Source of the DNA: Ilumatobacteraceae bacterium
GTDB lineage: Bacteria; Actinomycetota; Acidimicrobiia; Acidimicrobiales; Ilumatobacteraceae
DNA: 64,000 bases
Direction: 5' to 3'
Assembly: GCA_963816635.1 (NCBI GenBank)
Contig: CAWFLK010000021.1
Coordinates: forward strand, 154,443-218,442
Under the pieces are notes generated by a model that worked only from the letters and a program-made list of their open reading frames with translations, had not been told where the DNA came from and searched no databases. A program made the translations under genes and the position numbers. Shown in pieces: positions 41,637 to 51,789 of the stretch (position 1 is the stretch's first letter; each line of letters opens with the position of its first letter).

Positions 41637-42542
41637 ATGGTCTGGTGGATGCTTCTCGTGTTCGTGCTCGCCGTCGTCGTCGTGGCGGCGGTGATCGCCC
41701 TGCTGCGTGGCGCCGGGCGGGTGCACTGGCCGCTCTCGCGACGCGTGCGTACCGTCGCCGTTGCACTGCCGTTGCTCGCCGTGCTCGGCGTGTACGGCGG
41801 GATCCTCGTCTACACGAAGGTGATCAACGACCCGGCTGACGCTCTGACGACCGAGGATCTCGGCAACGTGTTCACGGACGACTCGACGGTGACCACGGTC
41901 GCCCCGACGACCACCGTCGCAAGTGATCCCACGACCACGGCGGCCGGCGATCCGACCACCACCGCGATCGCACCGGCCACCAGCGCCGCTTCCTCTGCCG
42001 ACGCCGGCGCTCTCGACGGCGTGTGGAACGTCGACCCCACCGACGCCAGCACCACCTTCGGCTACCGCGTGCAAGAGGTGCTCGGCGGCGTCGACACCAC
42101 CGCGACCGGTCGCGGCAACGAGATCGAGGGCTCGATCACCGTGGCCGGCACCACCGTGACCGAGGGGTCGTTCACGGTGCAGGTGGCGAGCATCACCTCC
42201 GACCGCAGCCAACGCGACGGTCAGTTCACCGGCCGGATCATGCAGACGTCCCAGTTCCCGACGGCGACGTTCACGATCACCCAGCCGGTCGACCTCGGCA
42301 CCATCCCCGCCGACGGCGAGCAGGTCACGGCCAGCGTCACGGGCGACCTCACGCTGCACGGCGTGACCAATTCGGTCACCTTCGACGTGACCGCACAGAC
42401 CGACGGCGCGACCATCGGCGTGCTCGGCGAGATCCCGATCGTGTTCGCCGACTACGGCATCGACAACCCGTCGACCGGCTTCGTCACCACCGAGGACAAC
42501 GGTCTGCTCGAGTTCATCCTGGTGTTCACCCCGGCGGGCTGA
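41637..42542 (+). CDS. YceI-like domain protein with N-terminal membrane anchor and Thr/Ala-rich linker
   Basis: TM helix (WWMLLVFVLAVVVVAAVIALL), then a low-complexity TTVAPTTT linker, then a beta-rich domain with SQRDGQFTGRIMQTSQFPTATFTI ... DLTLHGVTNSVTF. The match to the YceI family is a moderate-confidence, by-eye call. Confidence 0.55.
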   Translation: MVWWMLLVFVLAVVVVAAVIALLRGAGRVHWPLSRRVRTVAVALPLLAVLGVYGGILVYTKVINDPADALTTEDLGNVFTDDSTVTTVAPTTTVASDPTTTAAGDPTTTAIAPATSAASSADAGALDGVWNVDPTDASTTFGYRVQEVLGGVDTTATGRGNEIEGSITVAGTTVTEGSFTVQVASITSDRSQRDGQFTGRIMQTSQFPTATFTITQPVDLGTIPADGEQVTASVTGDLTLHGVTNSVTFDVTAQTDGATIGVLGEIPIVFADYGIDNPSTGFVTTEDNGLLEFILVFTPAG

Positions 42543-42566
42543 GGCGGCCGCCTCGAGCGCTCGCGA

Positions 42567-42929
42567 TCAGGCGCTGAAGAAGGCGGCAACCCGTTCGGTG
42601 GGCCGGCCGATGAAGGCGCGGTCGGCGGTGACGAGCAGCGGACGCTCCATCAGCTCGGGGTGGGCGACGAGCACGGCGACGATGCCGTCGGTCGTCGCGA
42701 CGTCGGCCGCCCTCACGCCGAGCTCCGCCCAGCGCTCCCGGCGCACCAGTGCGGCGGGTTCGTCGTCGAGCTTGGCGAGCACGGCACGCAGCTCGTCGGC
42801 CGTCAGCGGCTCGTCGAGATAGCGCACCACCTCGACGCTCGGGGCCCCGTCGTCGGCGGCGTCGGCGAGGGCGAGTGCCTGACGGGACTTCGTGCAGCGC
42901 GGGTTGTGGTACAGGGTCACGTCGGCCAT
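42567..42929 (-). CDS. ArsC/Spx-family (YffB-like) thioredoxin-fold protein
   Basis: MADVTLYHNPRCTKSRQAL has the catalytic Cys in the typical CxxS context. The protein is 120 aa. Confidence 0.7.
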   Translation of the reverse strand: MADVTLYHNPRCTKSRQALALADAADDGAPSVEVVRYLDEPLTADELRAVLAKLDDEPAALVRRERWAELGVRAADVATTDGIVAVLVAHPELMERPLLVTADRAFIGRPTERVAAFFSA

Positions 42930-42979
42930 CTGCGTCTACTGTAGGGAAGCGACGACGCACGGCGCTCGCCGCCCCACCG

Positions 42980-44236
42980 ATGCAGCACTCCACCACACCC
43001 GCCGCCCGTCGCGCGACGGCGGTGGCGATCGGTGCGATGTTCTTCGTCAACGGGGCGTCGGCGGCGTCGTGGTTCCCGCGCCTACCCGAGATCCGCGACC
43101 GCCTCGGGGTGTCGGAGGCCGGGCTCGGCCTGACGCTCGTCGGGATCGGCCTCGGCGGGCTGCTCGCCAGCATCTTCTCCGGTGCGTTCGTCGACCGCTT
43201 CGGGAGCCGGCGGATGTGCGTCACGACCTCGGTGATGCTGTCGGCGCTGCTGCCCCTGGTGGCCCTCGCCGGCCGCCCGCTCGTGCTGTTCCCGGTGCTG
43301 ATCTTGATCGGCGCCTTCGACGGCCTCACCGACGTGGCGATGAACAGCCAGGCGATCGACGCCCAGCGGGCGCGCACCCGGCCGATCATGTCGCGGTTCC
43401 ACGGCATGTGGTCGGTCGGCGCGGTCACCGGCGGGTTGATCAGCGCCCGCACCGCGGCGGCCGGCATCTCGCTGACCGACCAACTCCTGGTGACGTCGGT
43501 GGTCCTGGTCGTGGCGACCCTGGTGACCCGGGTGTGGCTGATCCCCACCAGCGGCCGGCGGCATCAGACCACCACCGTGATCGAGGGGCCCTTCGGCGAT
43601 GCCGGCGTGGTCGAGTCGTCGACCGAGGCCGAGGCGCCGGCGACGTTCGCCCGCTACAAGCAGGTCTTCCGGCGGCTCGCCCTCGTCGGGATTGCGGTGG
43701 CGCTGACCGAGGCGCCGCCCAACGACTGGGCGACGCTCATGTGGACCGATCGTTTCCACCTGGCCGGTGGACGGGCCGCGCTCGGCTACGTGGCGATCGC
43801 GGCCGGCATGGTGGTCGGCCGATTCGGCGGCGACCTGGTGACGCATCGGTTCGGCCGGGAGGCCACCCGGCGCGGCGGAGCGCTCCTCGCCGCGATCGGA
43901 GTGGTCATCGCCACGACGGCGACGTCGGCGTGGCCGATGTCGGGAGTCGGCCTGTTCGCCGCCGGCCTCGGGATCTCGGTGCTCTTCCCCCTCATGTTCG
44001 CCGCCGCCGAGGAGATGACGCCCGGTACGACGCACGGAATGGCGGCGTTCTCGACCGGAGCCCGCGGCGGTTTCCTCGTGGCCTCGCCGCTCGTGGGCGT
44101 GCTCGCCGGCGTCTGGAGCGTCGCCGTCGCCGTGCTGCTGATCTCGGCCACCGCCGGGCTGACCGTCGCGGCGTCGTCGCTCCGCCCGGCGGCGCAACGG
44201 CGCCGGGCGGCACAGGCGCGCCCGGCCACCCGGTGA
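42980..44236 (+). CDS. MFS transporter
   Basis: The protein has twelve hydrophobic helices and the MFS motif GxLaDrfGrRr-like (FVDRFGSRRM). The start is MQHSTTPAA at 42980, divergent from the arsC-like gene. Confidence 0.75.
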   Translation: MQHSTTPAARRATAVAIGAMFFVNGASAASWFPRLPEIRDRLGVSEAGLGLTLVGIGLGGLLASIFSGAFVDRFGSRRMCVTTSVMLSALLPLVALAGRPLVLFPVLILIGAFDGLTDVAMNSQAIDAQRARTRPIMSRFHGMWSVGAVTGGLISARTAAAGISLTDQLLVTSVVLVVATLVTRVWLIPTSGRRHQTTTVIEGPFGDAGVVESSTEAEAPATFARYKQVFRRLALVGIAVALTEAPPNDWATLMWTDRFHLAGGRAALGYVAIAAGMVVGRFGGDLVTHRFGREATRRGGALLAAIGVVIATTATSAWPMSGVGLFAAGLGISVLFPLMFAAAEEMTPGTTHGMAAFSTGARGGFLVASPLVGVLAGVWSVAVAVLLISATAGLTVAASSLRPAAQRRRAAQARPATR

Positions 44237-44321
44237 CACCCCTTCACTACCGTTCGAGTCGCCGACATCTTCCTCGCCCGCCGACCGCCGCCGGCCGCCC
44301 TCTGCCCGTCGAGGAACCCAC

Positions 44322-44774
44322 ATGTCATCCCATCCATATCCCGCCGGCTACTGCCGGCGCGCCTCACGCCACGAGCACCTGCTCGGCGTCCCCACCCTGC
44401 TCACCTCGGCCGCCGACGCACTCGAGGTGGTGGCGGCGGCGCTGCACGTGCCCGAGCGCGTCGAGACGATCGCCCTGTTGCTCGACGACGACCGGCGCGG
44501 ACGCACGGTGGTCGTCGTCGATGGCACCGAACCCGCCGACTCGCTGATCGAGGTCGTCGAATGCCTGTGCGATGCGATGAGCGACGAGGGCGGTCAGCTG
44601 GTCGTCGCCAGTGTGCGACCGTCGCTTGGTCTCGTCCCCGGTGACACCGATCGCTGGCTCGAGGCCAGCGCCATCGCCGACGACCGTGGCTGCACCCTGC
44701 TCGACTGGTTCGTGGTCCGCGACCGGATCGCCTGCCGCGTGGCCGATCTGATCGCCGAGCCGTCGCGATGGTGA
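44322..44774 (+). CDS. hypothetical protein (150 aa)
   Basis: The ORF is intact with high GC3. No family was recognised. Confidence 0.4.
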   Translation: MSSHPYPAGYCRRASRHEHLLGVPTLLTSAADALEVVAAALHVPERVETIALLLDDDRRGRTVVVVDGTEPADSLIEVVECLCDAMSDEGGQLVVASVRPSLGLVPGDTDRWLEASAIADDRGCTLLDWFVVRDRIACRVADLIAEPSRW

Positions 44775-44791
44775 CGCCGACACGCCGAGCG

Positions 44792-45082
44792 TCACCCGCC
44801 GTTGGCCGACTTCCACGCGCGCCGCTCGTGCGGGCCCAGCCGCAACCCGGCGGCACGCAGGCGGGCGAGCAGTTCGCGGCTCGGAACCTCGATCGCGCCG
44901 GCGTCCACCACACCCGCCCGGCGCTCCTCGGGGATGTCGTAGTGGTCCCCCTGGAAGGCGCGCCGCGGGATGCCGACGCCATCGGCGAACGCGTGCAGCT
45001 CGTCGTACGACGCGTCCGACACCAGGTGGCACCACCGCCGTCCCCGCCACCACCACAGCGGATCGTCCACCAGCACGGCCAC
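44792..45082 (-). CDS. DUF4031-family protein
   Basis: MAVLVDDPLWWWRGRRWCHLVSDASYDELHAFADGVGIPRRAFQGDHYDIPEERR matches the conserved DUF4031 N-terminus. Confidence 0.55.
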   Translation of the reverse strand: MAVLVDDPLWWWRGRRWCHLVSDASYDELHAFADGVGIPRRAFQGDHYDIPEERRAGVVDAGAIEVPSRELLARLRAAGLRLGPHERRAWKSANGG

Positions 45083-45253
45083 GACGCCCAGCGTGGCACG
45101 CCGGCGAGGGCACCGCCGGTGCGGGCGGCGCGCTGCAAGACTGGGATCGGTGAGCGAGCGAGTCTTCGAGCGAGCGAACCAGCAAGCACGGTCCTCGGCT
45201 CATGGGTGCACCAGCGCCGACTTCGGCTCGTCGCACGGATCGATGGTGCACCC

Positions 45254-45934
45254 ATGAGCGACGAGGTCGAGCTCCGCGCGGCGTGGGCCGAGGTCGTCGC
45301 GCCGGGACGGCGGTCCGACGAGTGGTTCGACGAGGTGGTCGGTCGCCACCGCCAGGCGCACCGTCGGTACCACGGCGTCCGCCACGTCGTGTGGGTGCTG
45401 CGCCACGTCCGCGAGCTCGAAGCGGCGGTGGTCGACTGCGCCGGGCCCGAGTACGACGGCGGCGCCGTGACCGTCGCCGCGTTCTTCCACGACGCCGTCT
45501 ACGACCCGACGGCCAACGACAACGAGGAGCGCAGCGCGGTCCTCGCCGACCGGGCGCTGCGGGTGCTGGGGTGGGCGACGCAGCGCCGGGATCGCGTCGT
45601 CGCGCTGGTCCGCGCCACGGCCGGTCACTTCGGACCGGTCACCCCGACCGCTGACGCCACGGCGACCGAGCGCGCCGTCCTCGTCGACGCCGATCTCGCC
45701 GTGCTCGGCAGCGACTCGGCGTCGTACACGGCATACGCCACCGGCGTTCGCGCCGAGTACGGCCACCTCCCCGACGAGGCGTGGGTGCGCGGGCGCGGCG
45801 ACGTGCTGCGCCGGCTGCTCGGCCGGGCGACGCTCTTCGAGACGGCGCCGGCACAGCAGTGGTGGGAACCCGCAGCGCGGGCCAACCTGACGGCCGAACT
45901 GGCCGGGTTGGACGCCGTCAGTCGCGGCGGGTGA
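45254..45934 (+). CDS. predicted HD-superfamily metal-dependent phosphohydrolase (COG4339-like)
   Basis: YHGVRHVVWVLRHV ... AAFFHDAVYDP. The His-Asp residues sit in the expected spacing. Confidence 0.5.
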   Translation: MSDEVELRAAWAEVVAPGRRSDEWFDEVVGRHRQAHRRYHGVRHVVWVLRHVRELEAAVVDCAGPEYDGGAVTVAAFFHDAVYDPTANDNEERSAVLADRALRVLGWATQRRDRVVALVRATAGHFGPVTPTADATATERAVLVDADLAVLGSDSASYTAYATGVRAEYGHLPDEAWVRGRGDVLRRLLGRATLFETAPAQQWWEPAARANLTAELAGLDAVSRGG

Positions 45935-46107
45935 TGCGGCGGGGACGGCTGCGGACCGGGATCGGCAGCGGTCGGGGGCGCGGACGGTTGCCGAGCACGA
46001 CGCCGGCGACAGCCGTAGCCGTGGCAACAGCGGTGATGACCGCGACCAGCACGAGCGCCAGTCTAGGCGCAGGTCGGGACGTGTGCGACTGTGATTGACT
46101 GGAAGCC

Positions 46108-46395
46108 GTGCCCGAGCTCGTCACGATGCCCGTCGAGACGCGGCCCGACGTCGACACCACGCCGGACACCGACGAGCCACACCACGCTCACATCGTGAAG
46201 GTCGCGCCGGGCGAGTCGGCGGTGGCCAAGGTGATGGAGGCGCGCATCTACGGCACACCGGTCGAGGCGCTGTGCGGACACGTGTGGGTGCCGTCGCGCG
46301 ATCCGAAGCAGCTACCGATGTGCCAGGAGTGCAAGTCGATCTACGAGCTGTACCGCTCGTTCAACGACGGGCTGCGCGACACGCCGGATGACTGA
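46108..46395 (+). CDS. DUF3039-family protein
   Basis: HAHIVKVAPGESAVAKVMEARIYGTPVEALCGHVWVPSRDPKQLPMCQECKSIYE. The CGxxW...CxxC pattern is typical of actinobacterial DUF3039. Confidence 0.6.
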   Translation: MPELVTMPVETRPDVDTTPDTDEPHHAHIVKVAPGESAVAKVMEARIYGTPVEALCGHVWVPSRDPKQLPMCQECKSIYELYRSFNDGLRDTPDD

Positions 46396-46897
46396 CCGCG
46401 AACTGCGGATCCGTCAGGCCGCCCGGGCCATCGTGCTCGACCCCGACGACCGGATCCTGCTGGTGCGGTGGGAGTTCCCGCGCGACGGGCCGACGGTGCA
46501 CGTGTGGGGCACTCCCGGCGGCGGGATCGAGCCCGACGAGGAGCTCGAGGCCGCCCTGCGCCGGGAGATCGACGAGGAGCTCGGCCTCGAGGCCGTCACG
46601 ATCGGGCCGCTGGTGTGGGTGCGCACCCACGTCATCCCGTTCATCGACGGGCGGTGGGACGGCCAGCACGACCGCTTCTTCCTGGTGCGCACCCCGGCGT
46701 TCGAGCCGTCGCCGCGATTGAGTCGCGCGCAGCTCGCCGCCGAGCACCTGATGGAGCTGCGCTGGTGGACCCAGGACGAGCTCGCCGCGTTCGCCCCGAC
46801 CGACCTCGAGTACTTCGCCCCCCGCCGTCTCGTCCCCCTCCTCGCCGACCTCCTGCGCGACGGCCCACCAGCGACCCCCGTCGACACCGGCCGCTGA
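46388..46897 (+). CDS. NUDIX hydrolase
   Basis: The Nudix box is GGGIEPDEELEAALRREIDEELGL. The start overlaps the DUF3039 stop by 8 nt. Confidence 0.8.
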   Translation: MTDRELRIRQAARAIVLDPDDRILLVRWEFPRDGPTVHVWGTPGGGIEPDEELEAALRREIDEELGLEAVTIGPLVWVRTHVIPFIDGRWDGQHDRFFLVRTPAFEPSPRLSRAQLAAEHLMELRWWTQDELAAFAPTDLEYFAPRRLVPLLADLLRDGPPATPVDTGR

Positions 46898-46900
46898 CCG

Positions 46901-46952
46901 GCGAAGTGTGAGCCACGCGTACGGATTTCCGTACGCGTGGCTCACACTTCGC
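46901..46952. repeat. copy 1 of the family 2 near-perfect palindrome (46-bp core 46904-46949)
   Basis: gcgAAGTGTGAGCCACGCGTACGGAtttCCGTACGCGTGGCTCACACTTcgc has a 22-bp stem and a 2-nt loop. It begins 4 bp after the nudix stop. Confidence 0.75.
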
Positions 46953-47040
46953 CTCGATCCTCGTCACGGGACTTCACCGGTCGCGCCCGGTGAGCCTGGC
47001 GGTGAGCCCACCGGTGAGGGCAGGAGTGCACCGTGCCCAC

Positions 47041-47990
47041 ATGGACGAGCGCGCCCGGCGGACGTTGATCAGACGAGCGATGGCCCAGCACGGTGTCATC
47101 ACCCGCCACGACGCCACCGCCCTCAACTTCGACCGGCGCCGCATCACGACAGCGCTGCGGGCCGGGTGGCTCGCCGAGCCTCTGCCGGGAGTGCTGGTGC
47201 TCACCGACACACCCGCGACCTGGCACCAACGCCTGGCCACCGTCGTCCACTCTGCGGGCGGGCGCGGCGTGGCCTCCCACCGATCGGCCGCGCGCCTGCA
47301 TGGCTTCGATGGTCTCGAGTCGGCGGGCGACGCGGTGATCGAGGTCAGCGTCACCCGGCGCTTCCGCCTCGACCCGGCCGCGGCCACCGTCACGCACCAC
47401 GTCACGCCGCTCGATGCCGTCGACGTCACCAGCGTGTCGGGCATCGCGTGCACGACCCGAAGCCGCACGTTGTGCGACCTGGGCGCGGTGTGCGATCGGC
47501 GGATGGTCGGTCGGGCGCTGACCTCCGCTCGACGCTCGGGCATCGACCTCCGGGCCGTCCGCGCCGCGGCCGAACGCCTCCACCGGCCAGGGCAATCGGG
47601 CACCGGCGTGATCATGCGTCTGCTCGACGGCATCCCGTGCGAGGGACGGTTGCCGGCGACCTGGTTCGAGGAGTTGCTCCACCTGTGCCTCACCGATCGC
47701 GGCTCCCGCCGGTTCTGCCCCAGTATCCGATCCGTGACGGGCAGGGACGGATCGTCGCCCGCACCGATCTTGGAATCCCATCGGTGAAGCTCGGCTCGAG
47801 GCACACAGCCGGCGCTTCCACTTCGGGCCGGACGCCGAGCGACTCGACGAGGACCGCGACCTCGCCGTCGCGAGGTGCGGGTGGGAGCTCATCTACCTCG
47901 GGTGGTACGCCACGCGGCGTCCCGCCGACGTCCTGCGGGTGGTGAAGGAGGTGACCGCGCTCGGACGCACGCGCTCGCCGCGCCCGGCGG
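47041..47990 (+). pseudogene. AbiEi-antitoxin-like N-terminal domain + DUF559 (Vsr-like endonuclease fold) protein, two apparent frameshifts
   Basis: The N-terminal MDERARRTLIRRAMAQHGVITRHDATALNFDRRRITTALRAGWL ... lies in frame A. ...LPPVLPQYPIRDGQGRIVARTDLGIP is in frame B. ...LEAHSRRFHFGPDAERLDEDRDLAVARCGWELIYLGWYATRRPADVLRVVKEV is in frame C. This three-part arrangement is the typical architecture of the multi-copy actinobacterial DUF559 proteins. Confidence 0.6.
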
Positions 47991-47992
47991 CG

Positions 47993-48038
47993 AACTGTGA
48001 GCCACGTGTACGGAAATCCGTACGCGTGGCTCACACTT
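47993..48038. repeat. copy 2 of the family 2 palindrome, inverted relative to copy 1
   Basis: AACTGTGAGCCACGTGTACGGaaaTCCGTACGCGTGGCTCACACTT. Its reverse complement differs from copy 1 at two positions, and the asymmetric centre (AAA versus TTT) shows the inversion. It ends 36 bp before the ybaK start. Confidence 0.75.
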
Positions 48039-48074
48039 GGCCAAATGCTCGGCGGGGGCGGCAAGGATGGCGCG

Positions 48075-48596
48075 ATGAGTGATGCCGAGGTGGAAGCGAA
48101 CGTGCGGGCGATCGTGGCCGGGCTGGCCACGCCCGGCGTCGAGGTGGTGGACTGCGACCCGGCGCTCGCCGACACGGCGGCGTTCTGCGCGGCGTATGGG
48201 TACGCCCCCGAGGACTCCGCCAACGCCATCGTGGTGGTCGGGCGCAGCGAGCCCCCGGTGTACGTGATGTGCCTGGTGCTCGCAACCACCCGGCTCGACG
48301 TCAACGGCGCCGTGCGGGCGCGGCTGCGTGCCGCGCATCCAGGCGTGAAGAAGGCGTCGTTCGCCCCCGGCGACGTCACCGCGGCGATCACCGGGATGGC
48401 GATCGGCGGTGTCACGCCGTTCGGCGCCGCGTCGCTGCCGATCTGGGTCGACGACACGGTGATGCAACGCCAGCGCATCGTCGTCGGCGGCGGCAGCCGC
48501 GGCTGCAAGGTCGTCGGCCCGCCGGCGATGCTCCTCGAACTGCCGCGGGTCGAGGTGGTCGTCGGCCTGGCCCAGCCGGTCACGACGCCCTCCTGA
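48075..48596 (+). CDS. ybaK: YbaK/ProX-family aminoacyl-tRNA deacylase
   Basis: MSDAEVEANVRAIVAGL ... ITGMAIGGVTPFG, the YbaK fold signature GxxxGxxxPxG. Confidence 0.7.
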   Translation: MSDAEVEANVRAIVAGLATPGVEVVDCDPALADTAAFCAAYGYAPEDSANAIVVVGRSEPPVYVMCLVLATTRLDVNGAVRARLRAAHPGVKKASFAPGDVTAAITGMAIGGVTPFGAASLPIWVDDTVMQRQRIVVGGGSRGCKVVGPPAMLLELPRVEVVVGLAQPVTTPS

Positions 48597-48711
48597 CCCC
48601 CGCACGCAGCATCGTCGACGGCAGTTCGCGGCATGCCAGCGACCATGGGCGTAACCTGGCACCGTTCGACGTCGCCCGGGACCCCCGGGCCAACCTCGGA
48701 GGGAGTCCCAT

Positions 48712-49398
48712 GCGCAAGAAGCCCACGCTCATCGTTGCCGGCCTCGTCGTCGCCGGCATCGGCGGCGCGTCGGCGGTGCCAGCACCGTCGGCGCTTCGGC
48801 GCCCGTCGCGTCCGCTCCGGCCGGTGGCGAGATCGACTGTGCCGCCATCGCCTCGTCGTTCGGCGGGGAGGTGCCCGAGAGCCTGGCCACGTTCTACAGC
48901 GCGGTCAGCGCGGCGAACAGCAGCCAGATCACCAGTGCCGAGGCCCCGCTCACGTTGTTCATCCCGGCCAACTCGGCGTTCGACAAGATCCCGTCGAACG
49001 TGCTCGACTCGATCGTGGCCGACGCCGACCTGCTGACCTCGATCCTCGACTACCACCTGATCCTCGACCAGGCGCTCAGCTCGGTCCGACCTGGCCGCCG
49101 CCGGCACCGAGACCTCGGCCGAGGGTGACCCCCTCACGTTCGCTACTCCGGGCCAACATGCTCACTATCAACCGGCGGCGCGGCCGCCGTCGTGTGCCCC
49201 GACCTCGAGGTGCAGGGCGCGATCATTCACATCATCGACGGTGTGCTCCAGCCCCCGAGCCTCTCCACGGCCGGTTCCGGCTGTGAGACCGGCAGCTCCG
49301 GGCCCTCCAGCTCGACGCCGTCGAGCGCCGCGCCCGGCTCGTCGGTGCCCTGCAGCTCCACGCCCGGCTCGGCGGCGCCGAGCTCGTCGACGCCCTGA
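48712..49398 (+). CDS. secreted fasciclin (FAS1)-domain protein with Ser/Pro-rich C-terminal tail, several apparent frameshifts
   Basis: GGAGGGAG RBS, then a signal peptide (MRKKPTLIVAGLVVAGIGGA). The FAS1 core (LTLFIPANSAFDKIPSNVLDSIVADADLLTSILDYHLI, ...VQGAIIHIIDGVLQP) is spread over ORFs 48871..49128 and 49192..49398 in different frames. Confidence 0.55.
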
Positions 49399-49415
49399 GC
49401 GACACGCTCCGAACG

Positions 49416-51750
49416 GTGGCCGCTCGCCCCGGCGAGCGGCCACCGGACGCCGGGGCGATCCGCGCCGCCCGGCTCGCCCTGATCGGCGACACGGCGCTCA
49501 CCGGCGAGTCGTTGGCCAGCGTGGCTCGCCCATCAGGCCGACGGGTGGTTCGCCGCGCTCGGCGCGGTGCTGCCCGCGGGTGGGCGCTGATCGCCACCGG
49601 CGGCTACGCCCGGGTCGCTGTGCCCGGGCAGCGATCTCGACGTCATGCTGCTGCACCCCACCCGCGCCCGCGCGGTGTCAGGGGGGTGGCCGAGGCGATC
49701 TGGTACCCGGTGTGGGACTCGGCGCTCAAGCTGAGCCCGGCCGTCCAGTCGCCCAGGAGTCGCTGCGCGCTGGCCTCCGACGACCTCGTCACCGCCACGA
49801 CGCTTGCTCGGCGTCCGCCGCCTGGCCGGCGACGAGGCGATCGTCGACGCCGTCGCGTCACGCAAGGCCCTGCGCAGTGGCGCAAGAAGCCGCTGCCCTG
49901 GCTGCGCCGGCTCCGGAGGCCGCGTTCGCCCGGTGGCGCCAGGCCGGCGAGGTGAGCTCGCTGCTCGAACCCAACCTCAAGGACGGCCGCGGGGGCCTGC
50001 GCGATCGCGACGCCCTGCACTGGGCGATCGCCACCGACCGCGACGACGTGATCGCCTCGCTCGAGTCGCCGCTCGTGGAGCTCGACCGGCACGCCGACAC
50101 GCTCCTCGCGGCCCGTTGCGAGCTGCACCGGATCACCAAGCGGGCTCGGCGACGTCCTGCTGCTCCAGGACCAGGACGCGGTTGCCGCCGCGCTCGCAGG
50201 TCGACGACGCCGACGTGCTGATGCGGCAGCTGTCGGCGGCGGCCCGCGCGATCGACTGGGCCAGCGGCCGGTTCTGGCACCGCGTCGACCGCATCACGAC
50301 CGGTCGCACTGTCACCCGCCCCGCCGCCTCGTCGACCCGATCACGGGTGCGGCTCGACGACGACGAGCTCGACGTCGTCGACGAGGCCGCATCCGGTTCG
50401 CCCGCGATGAGCCGTTCTCCGAGGTCGCCGGTGTCGCAGCCCGCAACGACATCCCGATCAGCCGTGGGCGCCCTGCGTGCTGGCCGAGGACGCCGCCCGC
50501 CGGAGCCACCGACGCCGTGGTCGGAGCAGACACGGCGGGCCTTCGTCAGCCTGCTCGGCTCCGGCCTTTCGATGGTGACCGCGGTCGAGGCGCTCGAGCA
50601 CTACGGCCTGTTCAGCCGGTTCCTGCCGGACTGGACGTACGTGCGCAGCCTCCCGCAGCGCAACGCGTTCCACATCTACAACGTCGACCGCCACCTCCTG
50701 CGCACGGTCGCCAACGCGTCGGAACTGGTGCGCACGGTCAGCCGACCCGACCTGCTGCTCGTCGGCCGCCCTGCTGCACGACATCGGCAAGGGCCGCACG
50801 CGCGACCACACCGAGCTCGGCGTCAAGATGGTCGGACGGATCGTGCCGGCGATGGGGTTCTCGGCCGACGACACGGCGGACGGTGCCGCGCTCGTCGAGT
50901 ACCACCTGCTGCTGCCCGAGACGGCGACCCGACGCGACCTCGCTGACCCCCGCACCGCGGCCAACGTGGCCGACGGCTCCCAGACCGTCGAGCGGCTCGA
51001 GCTGTTGCGGGCCCTGACCGAGGCCGACAGCCTCGCCACCGGCCCGTCGGCGTGGTCGAAGTGGAAGGAGTCGCTGATCGACCGGCTGTCCACGCCGTCG
51101 CCGAGGTGCTACGCGGCCGCGACCTCCCCGCCGGCGACGTCGAGGGGAGGTGCGCTTGGCCGTCGCTACTCGGCGGGTGCGCCGACGGGCGGTGTGGTCG
51201 GTCGAGCACGACGCTCGGGCGAGTTCCACGGGCTGCGGGTCGCTTCGAGTGACCGTCCTGGGCTGTTCGTCAGGTGACCGGCACGCTCGTGCTGCATCGC
51301 ATCGATGTCACCGCGGCCGACGCGTGGACGAGCAGCGACGGGATCGCGGTCGAACAGTTCCACGTCCTGCCGGGCCGGCGGGCCGCTGCCGTTCGAGCGC
51401 TTCGAGCGCGACCTCGTGGACGCATTGGGCGGCCGGCTCGACGTCGCCGCCAAGCTCGACCAGCGGATCCACGGCGCCCGCCGCAGCGCACCAGCGGGCG
51501 GTGGCGGCGGCGCCGCCGCGGACCGAGGTGTACGTGAGCAACGCGGCGAGCGACTCGTCGACGATGATCGACATCCGGGTTGCCGACGGGCCGGCCGTGC
51601 TGTACCGGTGTCGGGGTCCACGCTGACGTCCGAGGGCCTCGACATCCGCTCGGCCAAGGTCGCCACGCTCGGCCACGAGGTGGTCGACGTCTTCTACGTG
51701 CGGGCCAATCCGTGGACGGGCCCCGGCCCCCGTAGGCCGACCGAGGGCGA
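49416..51750 (+). pseudogene. glnD: [protein-PII] uridylyltransferase, ten or more apparent frameshifts
   Basis: The nucleotidyltransferase region (LIATGGYAR ... GSDLDVMLLH ... AIWYPVWDSALKLS), the HD domain (LLHDIGKGRTRDHTELG) and the C-terminal ACT domains (SAKVATLGHEVVDVFYV) are all recognisable. They are fragmented over ORFs 49416..49955, 49241..50221, 49804..50946, 50517..51017, 50828..51277 and 51305..51976. Confidence 0.7.
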
Positions 51751-51789
51751 CCCGGCGCGGGCGGCGCGGTCGACGCCGCCGTCGCGCGG

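Noticed and set aside
13188-48040. CRISPR array
   Set aside because: Both repeat families occur as inverted pairs, not as direct repeats with regular unique spacers. No cas genes are present
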